Shown here: positions 11,335-23,847 of the stretch, piece by piece
Layout: each line of letters begins with the position of its first letter
How positions within the stretch are numbered: position 1 is the stretch's first letter
Source of the DNA: Macrostomum hystrix
Taxonomy: Eukaryota > Animalia > Platyhelminthes
Direction: 5' to 3'
DNA: 64,000 bases
Assembly: GCA_950097015.1 (NCBI GenBank)
Contig: CATNEN010000011.1
Location: 5,580,001 to 5,644,000 of the forward strand
Notes under the pieces: generated by a model
The model's input: the letters and a program-made list of their open reading frames with translations, nothing else
Told to the model about the DNA's origin: nothing
Databases searched by the model: none
Translations under genes and position numbers: made by a program

Positions 11335-11820
11335 AGTTGTTAGAGCAACTGTCTCATGAGTTGAAGGTCGGTGGTTCGATTCCCGACTCCACTAGAATAG
11401 TTTTTGTCATTTAGCTAGACAATTAATTATCTTTGCATTGCTTCAGTTCACCCAGCTGTTAAATTTACGCACTAGGAAGCCTAGCATAAGTGCATTGATT
11501 TATGACCAAGTGTGTGTGCGCAAGACCAGCTCCTTCGGCCCATAGACAATACCCGTCTGGGATTTACTACATAGTAGCTCAGAAGAGGGATGGCACGGAG
11601 ATCAAGTAGCCGCACATTTACCGCACAGTTGCCGAATTTACTGCACACTTCAATCTATTTCTTTGATGGCCTTTGGGCCATAAACTATACACGAGCTTGA
11701 GACGTTTATGCACACTTGGTTATATGTCAATGGGTACCAGCATCAGCTGGGGTAATTAAGGGTGGGTGTCGCGTCTTCCCAGTCCATGGACTGAACAGCT
11801 GTACGGAGCCTTCAGATGCG
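11335..11820 (+). mobile_element. SINE family B (long form)
   Basis: Head TGTCTCATGAGTTGAAGGTCGGTGGTTCGATTCCCGACTCCAC (tRNA-Met-like CAT loop, B-box); same tail as the 9.3 and 50.7 kb copies; about 270 nt extra internal sequence. Confidence 0.75.
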
Positions 11821-12282
11821 ATTACAAGATTTGGTCATAGACAAAGGATCTTGGTTAAGAAATTGCACTAAAGTTTTTATGGCATAGCAGCATATGAGTA
11901 TAAGCTAAAAATACTTTGTTATAATCAAAGAACTCAATCAGTGCACAATTTATTGCATAATTCTAGACGAGGTTATTCAGCGAACAGATTGAGAGTACAA
12001 TTAAGCCTCTTGTTCAATGGCAACCCTGGAAAAGCTGGGCATATTTTTGTAATAATAAAAGTGTTTAATTGCCTTTGACCACAGCAATTTGCTGCTCTCG
12101 ATTGCCTATTTTCTTCTGCGTCCGCTGAATTCAATAATTTTTACTAGCAGCGAGAGGTTTATTCAGTCTAGCTCTTATAGAAGTCCTTTTCGCTTTCCTG
12201 GAATTGTCTATAATTATCTTTCTCAAGCTTCAACTTTATTAATTACTAATGCGTGACTAAATGCCTGAGAAGTTTTGAGAGT

Positions 12283-13958
12283 TGAGAGGGGGGAGAGAGA
12301 GTTGCGAGTAGGGAGAGAAAGTTGCGAGAGGGGAGAGAGAGTTGCGAGAGGGGAGAGAGAGTTGAGAGTGGGGAGAGAGTTGAGAGTAGGGAGAAAGAGT
12401 TGAGAGTGGGGAGAGAGAGTTGCGAGTAGGGAGAGAAAGTTGCGAGAGGGGAGAGAGAGTTGCGAGAGGGGAGAGAGAGTTGCGAGAGGGGAGAGAGAGT
12501 TGCGAGAGGGGAGAGAGAGTTGCGAGAGGGGAGAGAGAGTTGCGAGTGGGGAGAGAGAGTTGCGAGAGGGGAGAGAGAGTTGCGAGAGGGGAGAGAGAGT
12601 TGCGAGAGGGGAGAGAGAGTTGCGAGAGGGGAGAGAGAGTTGCGAGAGGGGAGAGAGAGTTGCGAGAGGGGAGAGAGACTTGCAAGAGGGGAGAGAGAGT
12701 TGTGAGAGGGGAGAGAGAGTTGCGAGAGGGGAGAGAGAGTTGCGAGAGGGGAGAGAGAGTTGCGAGAGGGGAGAGAGACTTGCAAGAGGGGAGAGAGAGT
12801 TGTGAGAGGGGAGAGAGAGTTGCGAGAGGGGAGAGAGAGTTGCGAGAGGGGAGAGAGAGTTGCGAGAGGGGAGAGAGAGTTGCGAGTGGGGAGAGAGTTG
12901 AGAGTGGGGAGAGAGAGTTGCGAGAGGGGAGAGAGAGTTGCGAGAGGGGAGAGAGAGTTGCGAGAGGGGAGAGAGAGTTGCGAGAGGGGAGAGAGACTTG
13001 CAAGAGGGGAGAGAGAGTTGTGAGAGGGGAGAGAGAGTTGCGAGAGGGGAGAGAGAGTTGCGAGAGGGGAGAGAGAGTTGCGAGAGGGGAGAGAGACTTG
13101 CAAGAGGGGAGAGAGAGTTGCGGGAGGGAAGAGAGAGTTGCAAGTGGGGAGAGAGAGTTGCGAGAGGGGAGAGAGTTGCGAGAGGGGAGAGAGAGTTGCG
13201 AGAGGGGAGAGAGTTGCGGGAGGGAAGAGAGAGTTGCAAGTGGGGAGAGAGAGTTGCGAGAGGGGAGAGAGAGTTGCAAGTGGGGAGAGAGAGTTGCGAG
13301 AGGGGAGAGAGTTGCGAGAGGGGAGAGAGTTGCGAGATGGTAGAGAGAGTTGCGAGAGGGGAGAGAGTTGCGGGAGGGAAGAGAGAGTTGCAAGTGGGGA
13401 GAGAGAGTTGCGAGAGGGGAGAGAGTTGCGAGAGGGGAGAGAGAGTTGCGAGAGGGGAGAGAGTTTAGAGTGGGGAGAGAGAGTTGCGAGTGGGGAGAGA
13501 GTTGAGAGTGGGGAGAAAGAGTTGAGAGTTGCGAGAGGGGAGAGAGAGTTGCGAGAGGGGAGAGAGAGTTGTGAGTGGGGAGAGAGAGTTGCGAGAGGGG
13601 AGAGAGAGTTGCGAGAGGGGAGAGAGTTGCGGGAGGGAAGAGAGAGTTGCAAGTGGGGAGAGAGAGTTGCGAGAGGGGAGAGAGAGTTGCGAGAGGGGAG
13701 AGAGTTGCGGGAGGGAAGAGAGAGTTGCAAGTGGGGAGAGAGAGTTGCGAGAGGGGAGAGAGAGTTGCGAGAGGGGAGAGAGTTTAGAGTGGGGAGAGAG
13801 AGTTGCGAGTGGGGAGAGAGTTGAGAGTGGGGAGAAAGAGTTGAGAGTTGCGAGAGGGGAGAGAGAGTTGCGAGAGGGGAGAGAGAGTTGTGAGTGGGGA
13901 GAGAGAGTTGCGAGAGGGGAGAAAGAGTTGCGAGAGGGGAGAGAGAGTTGTGAGTGGG
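12283..13958. repeat. 20-bp GA-rich minisatellite (TTGCGAGAGGGGAGAGAGAG)
   Basis: Tandem array. Confidence 0.97.
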
Positions 13959-14932
13959 ATAAGTCTAAAAGGTGGGTACTGTATGCAGGGTTGTTGCAAA
14001 AGTCTGTCTGCCGATTGTGCCTAGTCTATTGTTCTCGGAAATTCCTGAAGTCTGTGCTTCCCTGCAGGCAGGGGCGCTATAAACAGATTTTATGTTGGAA
14101 GCATAAATACAAAAAAGTTGAAGTTCAGTAGAACATTTTAACACCTCAACAGAAAGGTATTTTCAGTCTCACGCGTAACACCCCTGTCGCCCTCGACATC
14201 ATAATCTTCAAATCTTAGCACCCTAAAAGCATTGAAATTTGTTAAAGTATTTTCTCACAATACCTTAGCTAGTACAGTTAAATGTCGTGAAATTTTTTTA
14301 CTCGCGAAATTCGTGACTTTTTCTTGAGATTTCCGACATCTGGGCCTGAGACAGAACTAAAAGAACTTGTATCGCATTAAGCAATTAGTTTTGTCTTTAG
14401 CTCAGGAAAAGAAAGTATGTTTAGAAATATGCAACGAAATTTTAATAAAGAAATGAAATAAATTAAAACTGAAATAGCCGACATGCCTACATGATGAAAT
14501 ATTTGCGAGCAGAAAAGTGACGCTTTTATTTGTGGTTTGTGCCACCAGACACCCCCACGAAAATCGTTGAAAATCTCGACGATGCCGCTGTTTTTGTTAT
14601 TCTGGAAGTTGTTTCATCACAGAAGGGTAAATTTTAGCCGATGTTCGGGATTTTCATAGCGATTGGTTAAAAAAATTTCTATTCATTTCTACTTGTAGAA
14701 GCAAAACTAAAAAACACATATATACAATTTTCTATACATATCGGTTTATTAGAAAAATCTAGCTGTAACGAGCCAAAGGTCAAAAAGTAGAACAATAATT
14801 AGCTTAGATCTAAACAAGCACCCTCACCTCGGAGAACACCTGTCAATCATCTTCTCCAATGCTTTATTCTGTTCCAACATCATTGCTATTTGGAAAAAAT
14901 CACTTTCTCTTCCTCTTTCATTCTATTTTTGC

Positions 14933-14946
14933 CTTGCCATGGAAAC
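14933..14946. promoter_or_regulatory. Imperfect X-box-like site CTTGCCATGGAAAC
   Basis: One mismatch to GTHNYYATRRNAAC; no gene start assigned nearby. Confidence 0.25.
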
Positions 14947-15257
14947 CGACTTGACAATAGCAATTAACAAGAAAAATAAGGAAAGAAATTCTGGACTCCA
15001 ACCTCCTCCTTTGTTCTGCTCTCAGTCCTCAGCTAATCTGCAATGGCAAAAGTTCATTCATGTTTAACCAATCGTCTCTGTGGCCTAAGCTTGCTGGATG
15101 AAGCCTTATCAAATAGTTGAGATTACAAGCTAGTGCTGAGAAGATTAGGGATGCAGCAGTTTAGCCATGACGCATTATAATTTATCACTCATCATTGCAT
15201 TAGAGTAGTCTCTCTTAGATTATCTCTTTTGCGCTTTAAAATTTTCAAACTTCCCAC

Positions 15258-15972
15258 CCTCTCTCTCCCTCCCTCTCTCCACTTCCCTCTCTCTTCTTTC
15301 CTCTCCCCTTCCCTCTCTCTTCTTCCCTCTCTCTCCTTCCCCCTCTCTCCTTCCCCTCTCTCTCCTTCCCTCTCTCTCCTTCCCTCTCTCTCCTGCCCTC
15401 TCTCTCCTTCCCTCTTTCTACTTCACTCTCTCTCCTTCCTCCTCTCTCCTTCCCTCTCTCTCCTTCCCTCTTTCTACTTCACTCTCTCTCCTTCCTCCTC
15501 TCTCCTTCCCCCTCTCTCCTTCCCTCTTTCTACTTCACTCTCTCTCCTTCCTCCTCTCTCCTTCCCTCTCTCTCCTTCCCTCTTTCTACTTCACTCTCTC
15601 TCCTTCCTCCTCTCTCCTTCCCTCTCTCTCCTTCCCTCTTTCTACTTCACTCTCTCTCCTTACCCCTCTCTCCTTCCCCCTCTCTCCTTCCCTCTCTCTC
15701 CTTCCCCATCTCTCCTTCCCTCTCTCTCCTTCCTCCTCTCTCCTTCCTCCTCTCGTCTGGAGTTGCCTTGGTTCGAATCTGGATTTCAATTTTTTCGATA
15801 CATATCGGAATCGATTTCAAATCTAGATTTTTGAAATTTAATGCTCAGTGTGCTCTCTCCTCTCTCCCGCTCTGTCTCTCCCTCTCTCCCCCTTCTCTCT
15901 CTCTCCTTCCCTCTCTCTCCTTCCCTCTCTCTCCTTCCTCCTCTCTCTCCTCTTTCTCTCTCTTCTCTCTCT
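15258..15972. repeat. CT-rich 14-bp minisatellite (CTCTCTCTCCTTCC), two blocks 15258-15755 and 15855-15972
   Basis: Polypyrimidine tandem array. Confidence 0.9.
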
Positions 15973-16214
15973 ATTGTTCAAGTTAATTTCACTTTCACTA
16001 GCGCGCCTCATAATAATGTGTCTGCGTTTTTCAAAGCTTTCCTTGGCTCTGTTAACTGAATGGGAAAAGAACTTTTGGGGATGGGGAGCAAATTTTGTTA
16101 TTCTTCAATTTGTAGTAATCCACAAATTCGCAATTGTGTGGAGAGGCGGGTGAAATAAGGTGGACGTTGAGAAATTGGGAGAAAAGTGCGAGAACAAAGG
16201 GCGAAAGATTTAGG

Positions 16215-18562
16215 AAGTGGGAGAGTAAAGGGGAGAGAGAGTGGGAGAGTAAAGGGGAGAGAGAGTAGGAGAGTAAAGGGGAGAGAGTGTGGGAGAGTAA
16301 AGGAGAGAGAGAGTGGGAGAGTAAAGGGGAGAGAGAGTGGGAGAGTAAAGGAGAGAGAGAGTGTGCGAGTAAAGGGGAGAGAGAGTGGGATATTAAAGGG
16401 GAGAGAGAGTAGGAGGGTAAAGGAGAGAGAGTGGGAGAGTAAAGGAGAGAGAGAGTGAGAGAGTAAAGGAGAGAGAGAGTGGGAGAGTAAAGGAGAGAGA
16501 GAGTGAGAGAGTAAAGGAGAGAGAGAGTGGGAGAGTAAAGGAGAGAGAGAGTGGGAGAGTAAAGGAGAGAGAGAGTGGGAGAGTAAAGGAGAGAGAGAGT
16601 GGGAGAGTAAAGGGGAGAGAGAGTGGGAGAGTAAAGGGGAGAGAGAGTGGGAGAGTAAAGGAGAGAGAGAGTGTGCGAGTAAAGGGGAGAGAGAGTGGGA
16701 TATTAAAGGGGAGAGAGAGTAGGAGGGTAAAGGAGAGAGAGTGGGAGAGTAAAGGAGAGAGAGTGGGAGACTAAAGGGGAGAGAGAGTGGGAGGGTAAAG
16801 GAGAGATAGTGGGAGAGTAAAGGAGAGAGAGAGTGAGAGAGTAAAGGAGAGAGAGAGTGGGAGAGTAAAGGAGAGAGAGAGTGGGAGAGTAAAGGGGAAA
16901 GAGATTGAGAGAGTAAAGGAGAGAGAGTGGGAGAGTAAAGGAGAGAGAGAATGGGAGAGTAAAGGGGAGAGAGAGTGGGAGGGTAAAGGAGAGATAGTGG
17001 GAGACTAAAGGGGAGAGAGAGTGGGAGGGTAAAGGAGAGATAGTGGGAGAGTAAAGGAGAGAGAGAGTGAGAGAGTAAAGGAGAGAGAGAGTGGGAGAGT
17101 AAAGGAGAGAGAGAGTGGGAGAGTAAAGGGGAAAGAGATTGAGAGAGTAAAGGGGAGAGAGAGTGGGAGAGTAAAGGAGAGAGAGAATGGGAGAGTAAAG
17201 GGGAGAGAGAGTGGGAGGGTAAAGGAGAGATAGTGGGAGAGTAAAGGAGAGAGAGAGTAGGAGAGTAAAGGGGAGAGAGAGTGGGAGAGTAAAGGAGAGA
17301 GAGAGTGGGAGAGTAAAGGGGAGAGAGAGTGGGAGAGTAAAGGAGAGAGAGAGTGGGAGAGTAAAGAAGAGAGAGGGTGGGAGAGTAAAGGGGAGAGAGA
17401 TTGAGAGAGTAAAGGAGAGAGAGTAGGAGAGTAAAGGAGAGAGAGTGGGAGAGTAAAGGAGAGAGAGAATGGGAGAGTAAAGGGGAGAGAGAGTGGGAGG
17501 GTAAAGGAGAGATAGTGGGAGAGTAAAGGAGAGAGAGAGTAGGAGAGTAAAGGGGAGAGAGAGTGGGAGAGTAAAGGAGAGAGAGAGTGGGAGAGTAAAG
17601 GGGAGAGAGAGTGGGAGAGTAAAGGAGAGAGAGAGTGGGAGAGTAAAGGGGAGAGAGAGTGGGAGAGTAAAGGAGAGAGAGAGTGTGAGAGTAAATGGGA
17701 GAGGGAGTGGGAGATTAAAGGGGAGAGAGAGTAGGAGGGTAAAGGAGAGAGAGTGGGAGAGTAAAGGAGAGAGAGAGTAGGAGAGTAAAGGGGAGAGAGA
17801 GTGGGAGAGTAAAGGGGAGAGAGAGTGGGAGAGTAAAGGAGAGAGAGTGGGAGAGTAAAGGAGAGAGAGAGTGGGAGAGTAAAGGGGAGAGAGAGTGGGA
17901 GAGTAAAGGGGAGAGAGAGTGGGAGAGTAAAGGAGAGAGAGAGTGTGCGAGTAAAGGGGAGAGAGAGTGGGATATTAAAGGGGAGAGAGAGTAGGAGGGT
18001 AAAGGAGAGAGAGTGGGAGAGTAAAGGAGAGAGAGTGGGAGAGTAAAGGAGAGAGAGTGGGAGACTAAAGGGGAGAGAGAGTGGGAGGGTAAAGGAGAGA
18101 TAGTGGGAGAGTAAAGGAGAGAGAGAGTGAGAGAGTAAAGGAGAGAGAGAGTGGGAGAGTAAAGGAGAGAGAGAGTGGGAGAGTAAAGGGGAAAGAGATT
18201 GAGAGAGTAAAGGAGAGAGAGAGTAGGAGAGTAAAGGAGAGAGAGTGGGAGAGTAAAGGAGAGAGACAATGGGAGAGTAAAGGGGAGAGAGAGTGGGAGG
18301 GTAAAGGAGAGATAGTGGGAGAGTAAAGGAGAGAGAGAGTAGGAGAGTAAAGGGGAGAGAGAGTGGGAGAGTAAAGGAGAGAGAGAGTGGGAGAGTAAAG
18401 GGGAGAGAGAGTGGGAGAGTAAAGGAGAGAGAGAGTGTGAGAGTAAATGGGAGAGGGAGTGGGAGATTAAAGGGGAGAGAGAGTAGGAGGGTAAAGGAGA
18501 GAGAGTGGGAGAGTAAAGGAGAGAGAGAGAGTAGGAGAGTAAAGGAGAGAGAGTGGGAGAGT
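16215..18562. repeat. 20-24-bp GA-rich minisatellite (GTGGGAGAGTAAAGGAGAGAGA)
   Basis: Tandem array. Confidence 0.97.
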
Positions 18563-19042
18563 GCTAGGAATGTGTGAGAAGTATGTCGTGAATAAACAGT
18601 AGAAAATTATAAGTGTTCATAGAAAAGTACCCAAATTAAGCTAGACAAACATTTTCTTGAATGACACGCATGTTTGAAACCTTAGCCAGAAAGACAGACA
18701 GTCAGCTTCATAACCAGTTTGTCTTCGGTTGAGTGTACGCATAGGCAGGTTGTGCTGAGTAGACTGAAAATTGCTCGCCTTTGTTGTTTCACGACGGAGC
18801 AAAGAAATAGATGGAAACAAAGAGATAGCTGCACTAGGAGAGGGAAAAGGTAAGCTTAAAAGGAATTTTGCATTTTTTCTATTGATTTCCGGTGATAAAT
18901 GTTTTTCTTTGACTGTAAATTTGAACAAGCATTTTAGCTTTGCTACACTAAATTTGTATGGAGCTCACAGTCCATTGTTATCCGTTTTTTAAGTATAAAG
19001 GAAACTATAACACATGCGATGGGAAATACTACGGTGTTAGTA

Positions 19043-20312
19043 GAGAGAGGGAAGGAGAGAGAGGGGAGGAGAGAGAGGGAAGGAGAGAGAGGGAAGGAGA
19101 GGGGAGGAGAGAGAGGGAAGGAGAGAGAGGGAAGGAGAGGGGAGGAGAGAGAGGGAAGGAGAGATGGTAGGAGAGAGAGGGTAGGAGAGAGAGGGAAGGA
19201 GAGAGAGGGGAGGAGAGAGAGGGAACGAGAGAGAGGGGAGGAGAGAGAGGGGAGGAGAGAGAGGGAAGGGGAGAGAGGGAACGAGAGAGAGGGGAGGAGA
19301 GATGGTAGGAGAGAGAGGGTAGGAGAGAGAGGGTAGGAGAGAGAGGGTAGGAGAGAGAGGGAACGAGAGAGAGGGAAGGAGAGAGAGGGGAGGAGAGAGA
19401 GGGAAGGAGAGAGAGGGAACGAGAGAGAGAGGGTAGGAGAGAGAGGGAAGGGGAGAGAGGTAAGGAGAGAGAGGGGAGGAGAGAGAGGGGAGGAGAGAGA
19501 GGGAAGGGGAGAGAGGGAACGAGAGAGGGGAGGAGAGAGAAGGAAGGAGAGAGAGGGAACGAGAGAGAGGGAACGAGAGAGAGGGTAGGAGAGAGAGGGA
19601 AGGAGAGAGAGGGAAGGGGAGAGAGGGAACGAGAGAGAGGGTAGGAGAGAGAGGGAAGGGGAGAGAGGGAACGAAAGAGAGGGTAGGAGAGAGAGGGTAG
19701 GAGAGAGAGGGAAGGACAGAGAGGGGAGGAGAGAGAGGGGAGGAGAGAGAGGGAAGGGGAGAGAGGGAACGAGAGAGAGGGGAGGAGAGATGGTAGAAGA
19801 GAGAGGGGAGGAGAGAGAGGGGAGGATGGAGAGGGAAGGAGAGAGAGGGAACGAGAGAGAGGGTAGGAGAGAGAGGGAAGGAGAGAGAGGAAACGAGAGA
19901 GAGGGAACGAGAGAGAGGGTAGGAGAGAGAGGGAAGGAGAGAGAGGGAACGAGAGAGGGTAGGAGAGAGAGGGAAGGGGAGAGAGGGAACGAGAGAGAGG
20001 GTAGGAGAGAGAGGGTTGCAGAGAGAGGGAAGGACAGAGAGGGAAGGAGAGAGAGGGAAGGACAGAGAGGGAAGGACAGAGAGGGAAGCAGAGAGAGGGA
20101 AGGACAGAGAGGGAAGGACAGAGAGGGAAGCAGAGAGAGGGATCGAAGGACAGAGAGGGAAGGACAGAGCGGGGAGGACAGAGAGGGAAGCAGAGAGAGG
20201 GATCGAAGGACAGAGAGGGAAGGACAGAGAGGGAAGGACAGAGAGGGAAGCAGAGAGAGGGATCGAAGGACAGAGAGGGAAGGACAGAGCGGGGAGGATA
20301 GAGAGTGGGAGA
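19043..20312. repeat. 14-bp GA-rich minisatellite (GGGAAGGAGAGAGA), reverse complement of the 15.3-kb array
   Basis: Tandem array. Confidence 0.95.
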
Positions 20313-20871
20313 GAATCTACTCTCCACATGTATTGCCCAATGTCCATCTCATTTCATGCACTCTTCCACACAATGGCATTTATACTATTTGATTAGTAGA
20401 AATGAAAGTGTAACAAAAAGTGGCAGTATTGCATTTAGTCAACAGTGCCAATGAAAGCATTTAAAAAACAAAAAGCCATTATTATGAGGCGCTGGAGAAA
20501 GTGTAATTAACTTGAACAATTATTAGGATAGACTGGGAATTCATACTTCAGTAGCTGCTAGCTTTGAAGTTAATCAAATATTTACCTGCTGGCCTCGCCT
20601 CGCCTCGTATCGACTGAAAGAAATTGCACGAAAAAAAGAGCCAGACGTGTTGCAAACAAACTGCTTTGGCGACATTGTTTGGAAATGTTGCGACTAACTA
20701 ATTGTGTAGAGGTGGCGGTGGCAGGTCAGGAGAGTGGCACGACGGTTGTTAAGACAAGAAAGACAAGAGATTTGGTTTAAAAAATCAGCGAGAAAAGTGC
20801 TGGAGAAAAACTGACTGTTATAAAAAAGAAAATGTAACAAGAACATTGTGGACTGCATATTGAGAAAAAAG

Positions 20872-21825
20872 ATTTAGGTACTGTTTTCTGGGATTTAGGA
20901 ACGGTTTTCTGGGATTTAGGAACGGTTTTCTGGGATTTAGATACGGTTTTGTTGGATTTAGGTACGGTTTTCTGGGATTTAGGTACGGTTTTGTTGGATT
21001 TAGGTACGGTTTTCTGGGATTTAGGTACGGTTTTCTGGGATTTAGATACGGTTTTGTTGGATTTAGGTACGGTTTTCTGGGATTTAGATACGGTTTTGTT
21101 GGATTTAGGTACTGTTTTCTGGGATTTATGTACTGTTTTTCTGGGATTTAGGTACGGTTTTCTGGGATTTAGGTACGGTTTTCTGGGATTTAGGTACGGT
21201 TTTCTGGGATTTAGATACGGTTTTGTTGGATTAGGTACGGTTTTCTGTGATTTAGATACGGTTTTGTTGGATTTAGGTACGTTTTTCTGGGATTTAGGTA
21301 CGGTTTTCTGGGATTTAGATACGGTTTTCTGGGATTTAGATACGGTTTTGTTGGATTTAGGTACGGTTTTCTAGGATTTAGGTACTGTTTTCTGGGATTT
21401 AGGTACTGTTTTCTGGGATTTAGGTACGGTTTTCTGGGATTTAGGTACGGTTTTCTGTGATTTAGATACGGTTTTATTGGATTTAGGTACGTTTTTCTGG
21501 GATTTAGGTACTGTTTTCTGGGATTTAGGTACTGTTTTCTGGGATTTAGGTACGTTTTTCTGGGATTTAGGTACTGTTTTCTGGGATTTAGGTACGGTTT
21601 TGTTGGATTTAGGTACGGTCTTCTGGGATTTAGGTACGGTTTTCTAGGATTTAGGTACTGTTTTCTGGGATTTAGGTACTGTTTTCTGGGATTTAGGTAC
21701 GGTTTTCTGGGATTTAGGTACGGTTTTCTGGGATTTAGGTACTGTTTTCTGGGATTTAGGTACGGTTTTCTGGGATTTAGGTACGGTTTTCTGGGATTTA
21801 GATACGGTTTTGAGGGATTTAGGCA
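20872..21825. repeat. 21-bp minisatellite (GATTTAGGTACGGTTTTCTGG)
   Basis: Tandem array. Confidence 0.97.
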
Positions 21826-22013
21826 GGGTTTTGAGGGCTCTAAAAAATTGGGTTTAGTTTTTCGTATTCATATATATAGCAGAAGTAAAAGCTGGTTTCT
21901 TTAAGGAATTTATAATGCTACTGTTAGTAGTGTTTTGCTTATAATATATGCCCGTTGTAAATAAAAAAAAATTTTGCAAATGTATCTAACAATAAATACT
22001 TTAATTTATTCTA

Positions 22014-22158
22014 ATGACACGGGAGAGGTGAGACACGGGAGAGATGAGACACGGGAGAGATGAGACACGGGAGAGATGAGGCACGGGAGAGATGAGGCAC
22101 GGGAGAGATGAGGCACGGGAGAGATGAGGCACGGGAGAGATGAGGCAAGGGAGAGATG
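22014..22158. repeat. 16-bp minisatellite (GGGAGAGATGAGACAC); related to the array in Nova intron 2
   Basis: About 9 tandem copies. Confidence 0.9.
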
Positions 22159-22199
22159 CTGGACGATATCAAGCTATTCCTATCGAAAACTAAATTCAG

Positions 22200-22714
22200 C
22201 TGTCGATAATGACAGGACATCGACTGTGAATACCAAAACTGTTACCACTGGTCTCATCATTTTGGGAATTTCAGCTCTGGCGCTGGCTTTCATCTTCTTG
22301 TATGCCTATGGCCTAACGAAGCAACCGACGTCACCAACACAGCAACCGACGTCACCAACACAGCAACCGACGTCACCAACACAGCAACCGACGTCACCAA
22401 CACAGCAACCGACGTCACCAACACAGCAACCGACGTCACCAACACAGCAACCGACGTCACCAACACATCAACCGACGTCACCAACACATCAATCGACGTC
22501 ACCAACACAGCAACCGACGCCACCAACACAGCAACCGACGCCACCAACACATCAATCGACGTCACCAACACAGCAACCGACGTCACCAACACAGCAACCG
22601 ACGCCACCAACACAGCAACCGACGTCACCAACACAGCAACCGACGTCACCAACACAGCAACCGACGTCACCAACACAGCAACCGACGCCACCAACACAGC
22701 AACTGAGAGTATAA
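22200..22714 (+). CDS. Putative exon: single hydrophobic helix followed by about 18 x QPTSPTQ mucin-like repeats (type II membrane protein-like); gene context unresolved
   Basis: Acceptor taaattcAG at 22199; TM-like GLIILGISALALAFIFLYAYGL; in-frame 21-bp repeat; weak donor AGA|GTATAA at 22708 or stop at 22712. Confidence 0.5.
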
Positions 22715-23048
22715 TTAGATACTCCTTCTAGAGAGTATCATTTGGGATCTGGGGATTATTGAGAGCATAATTTGGGATTTGGGGATTCTGGAGAGTATAG
22801 TCTGGGGTCTGGGGATCTCGGAAATAATTTAGTACCTGGGGATTTCCGAGAGTACAGTTATTTCAAAGTCGGTATCTCTCAAAAAGTCCCTGAATGTTGT
22901 GGGATCTAATTGAAATGGGTCTCAGTTTTTCGCTTCAGCCAATCCTGTCCGTCATTGGTGAGAATCTGAAATAAAAAAGTTGAATTGAAACTTTCAGACC
23001 GGGAGATATGTGTCGAATGCTTACTGGGAACAAGTGAAAGTGGGAAAA

Positions 23049-23444
23049 ATGACTCAGTCTCAGTCACACGGATTTCGATTGTCACAGTCTGGAAAAATTG
23101 AGAACCCACAGTCAGCAGTTGATCTTGGTTGCTTGAAGAACAGCGAACTCGATCTCCGGTTATGGTTTCCCTACTGTGAATCGGTGCAGCAGCAGCAGCA
23201 GCAGCTTTCGCTTCAACCGTTATCTAGTTCCAACTTTGCCTCGTCCGAATCATTCAACGAGGGACCAATAGATCTGTGAGTCTTCTTAGATAGATTCTTT
23301 ATCCCGATCGGTCACAGCGGGTGCATTCTCAGGGATCCGTACCTAACAAACACTTTCCAATGGAGTTATAGATAAAGACTTCCACAAAAAATATTTCGAT
23401 TTCCAGGCGGCTCAGAAAGCAGCGAGAGCAAGTTCACCGTACAT

Positions 23445-23476
<32 letters not shown>

Positions 23477-23755
23477 GTTCATGCAACTGCGAAAGATTTG
23501 AGAAAAATTTCTGAAAATCTAGAAATACAGATTAGGAATCAGCTTCACCATCAGCAGCATCAGCATCAGCAGCAGCAGCAACATGAGCAGCAGCAGAAGC
23601 ATCAGCATCAGCTGCAATATCAGCAGCAGCAACATCAGCAGCAGCAGAAGCATCAGCATCAGCTGCAATATCAGCAGCAGCAACATCAGCAGCAGCAGAA
23701 GCATCAGCATCAGCTGCAATATCAGCAGCAGCAGAAGCGTGAGCATCGGCAGCAT

Positions 23756-23790
<35 letters not shown>

Positions 23791-23806
23791 TCAGCATCAG
23801 CAGCAA

Positions 23807-23847
<41 letters not shown>

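Noticed and set aside
11335-11400. tRNA genes at SINE heads (also 43.9 and 50.85 kb)
   Set aside because: Anticodon and acceptor stems do not pair, and the heads continue into shared repeat bodies
12223-20396. Many long RE/LS/LP-rich ORFs
   Set aside because: Frame artefacts of GA/CT satellites
20872-21825. Telomere-like TTTAGG, or a CRISPR array
   Set aside because: Only one hexamer per 21-bp unit; contiguous units without unique spacers; eukaryotic context and no cas genes
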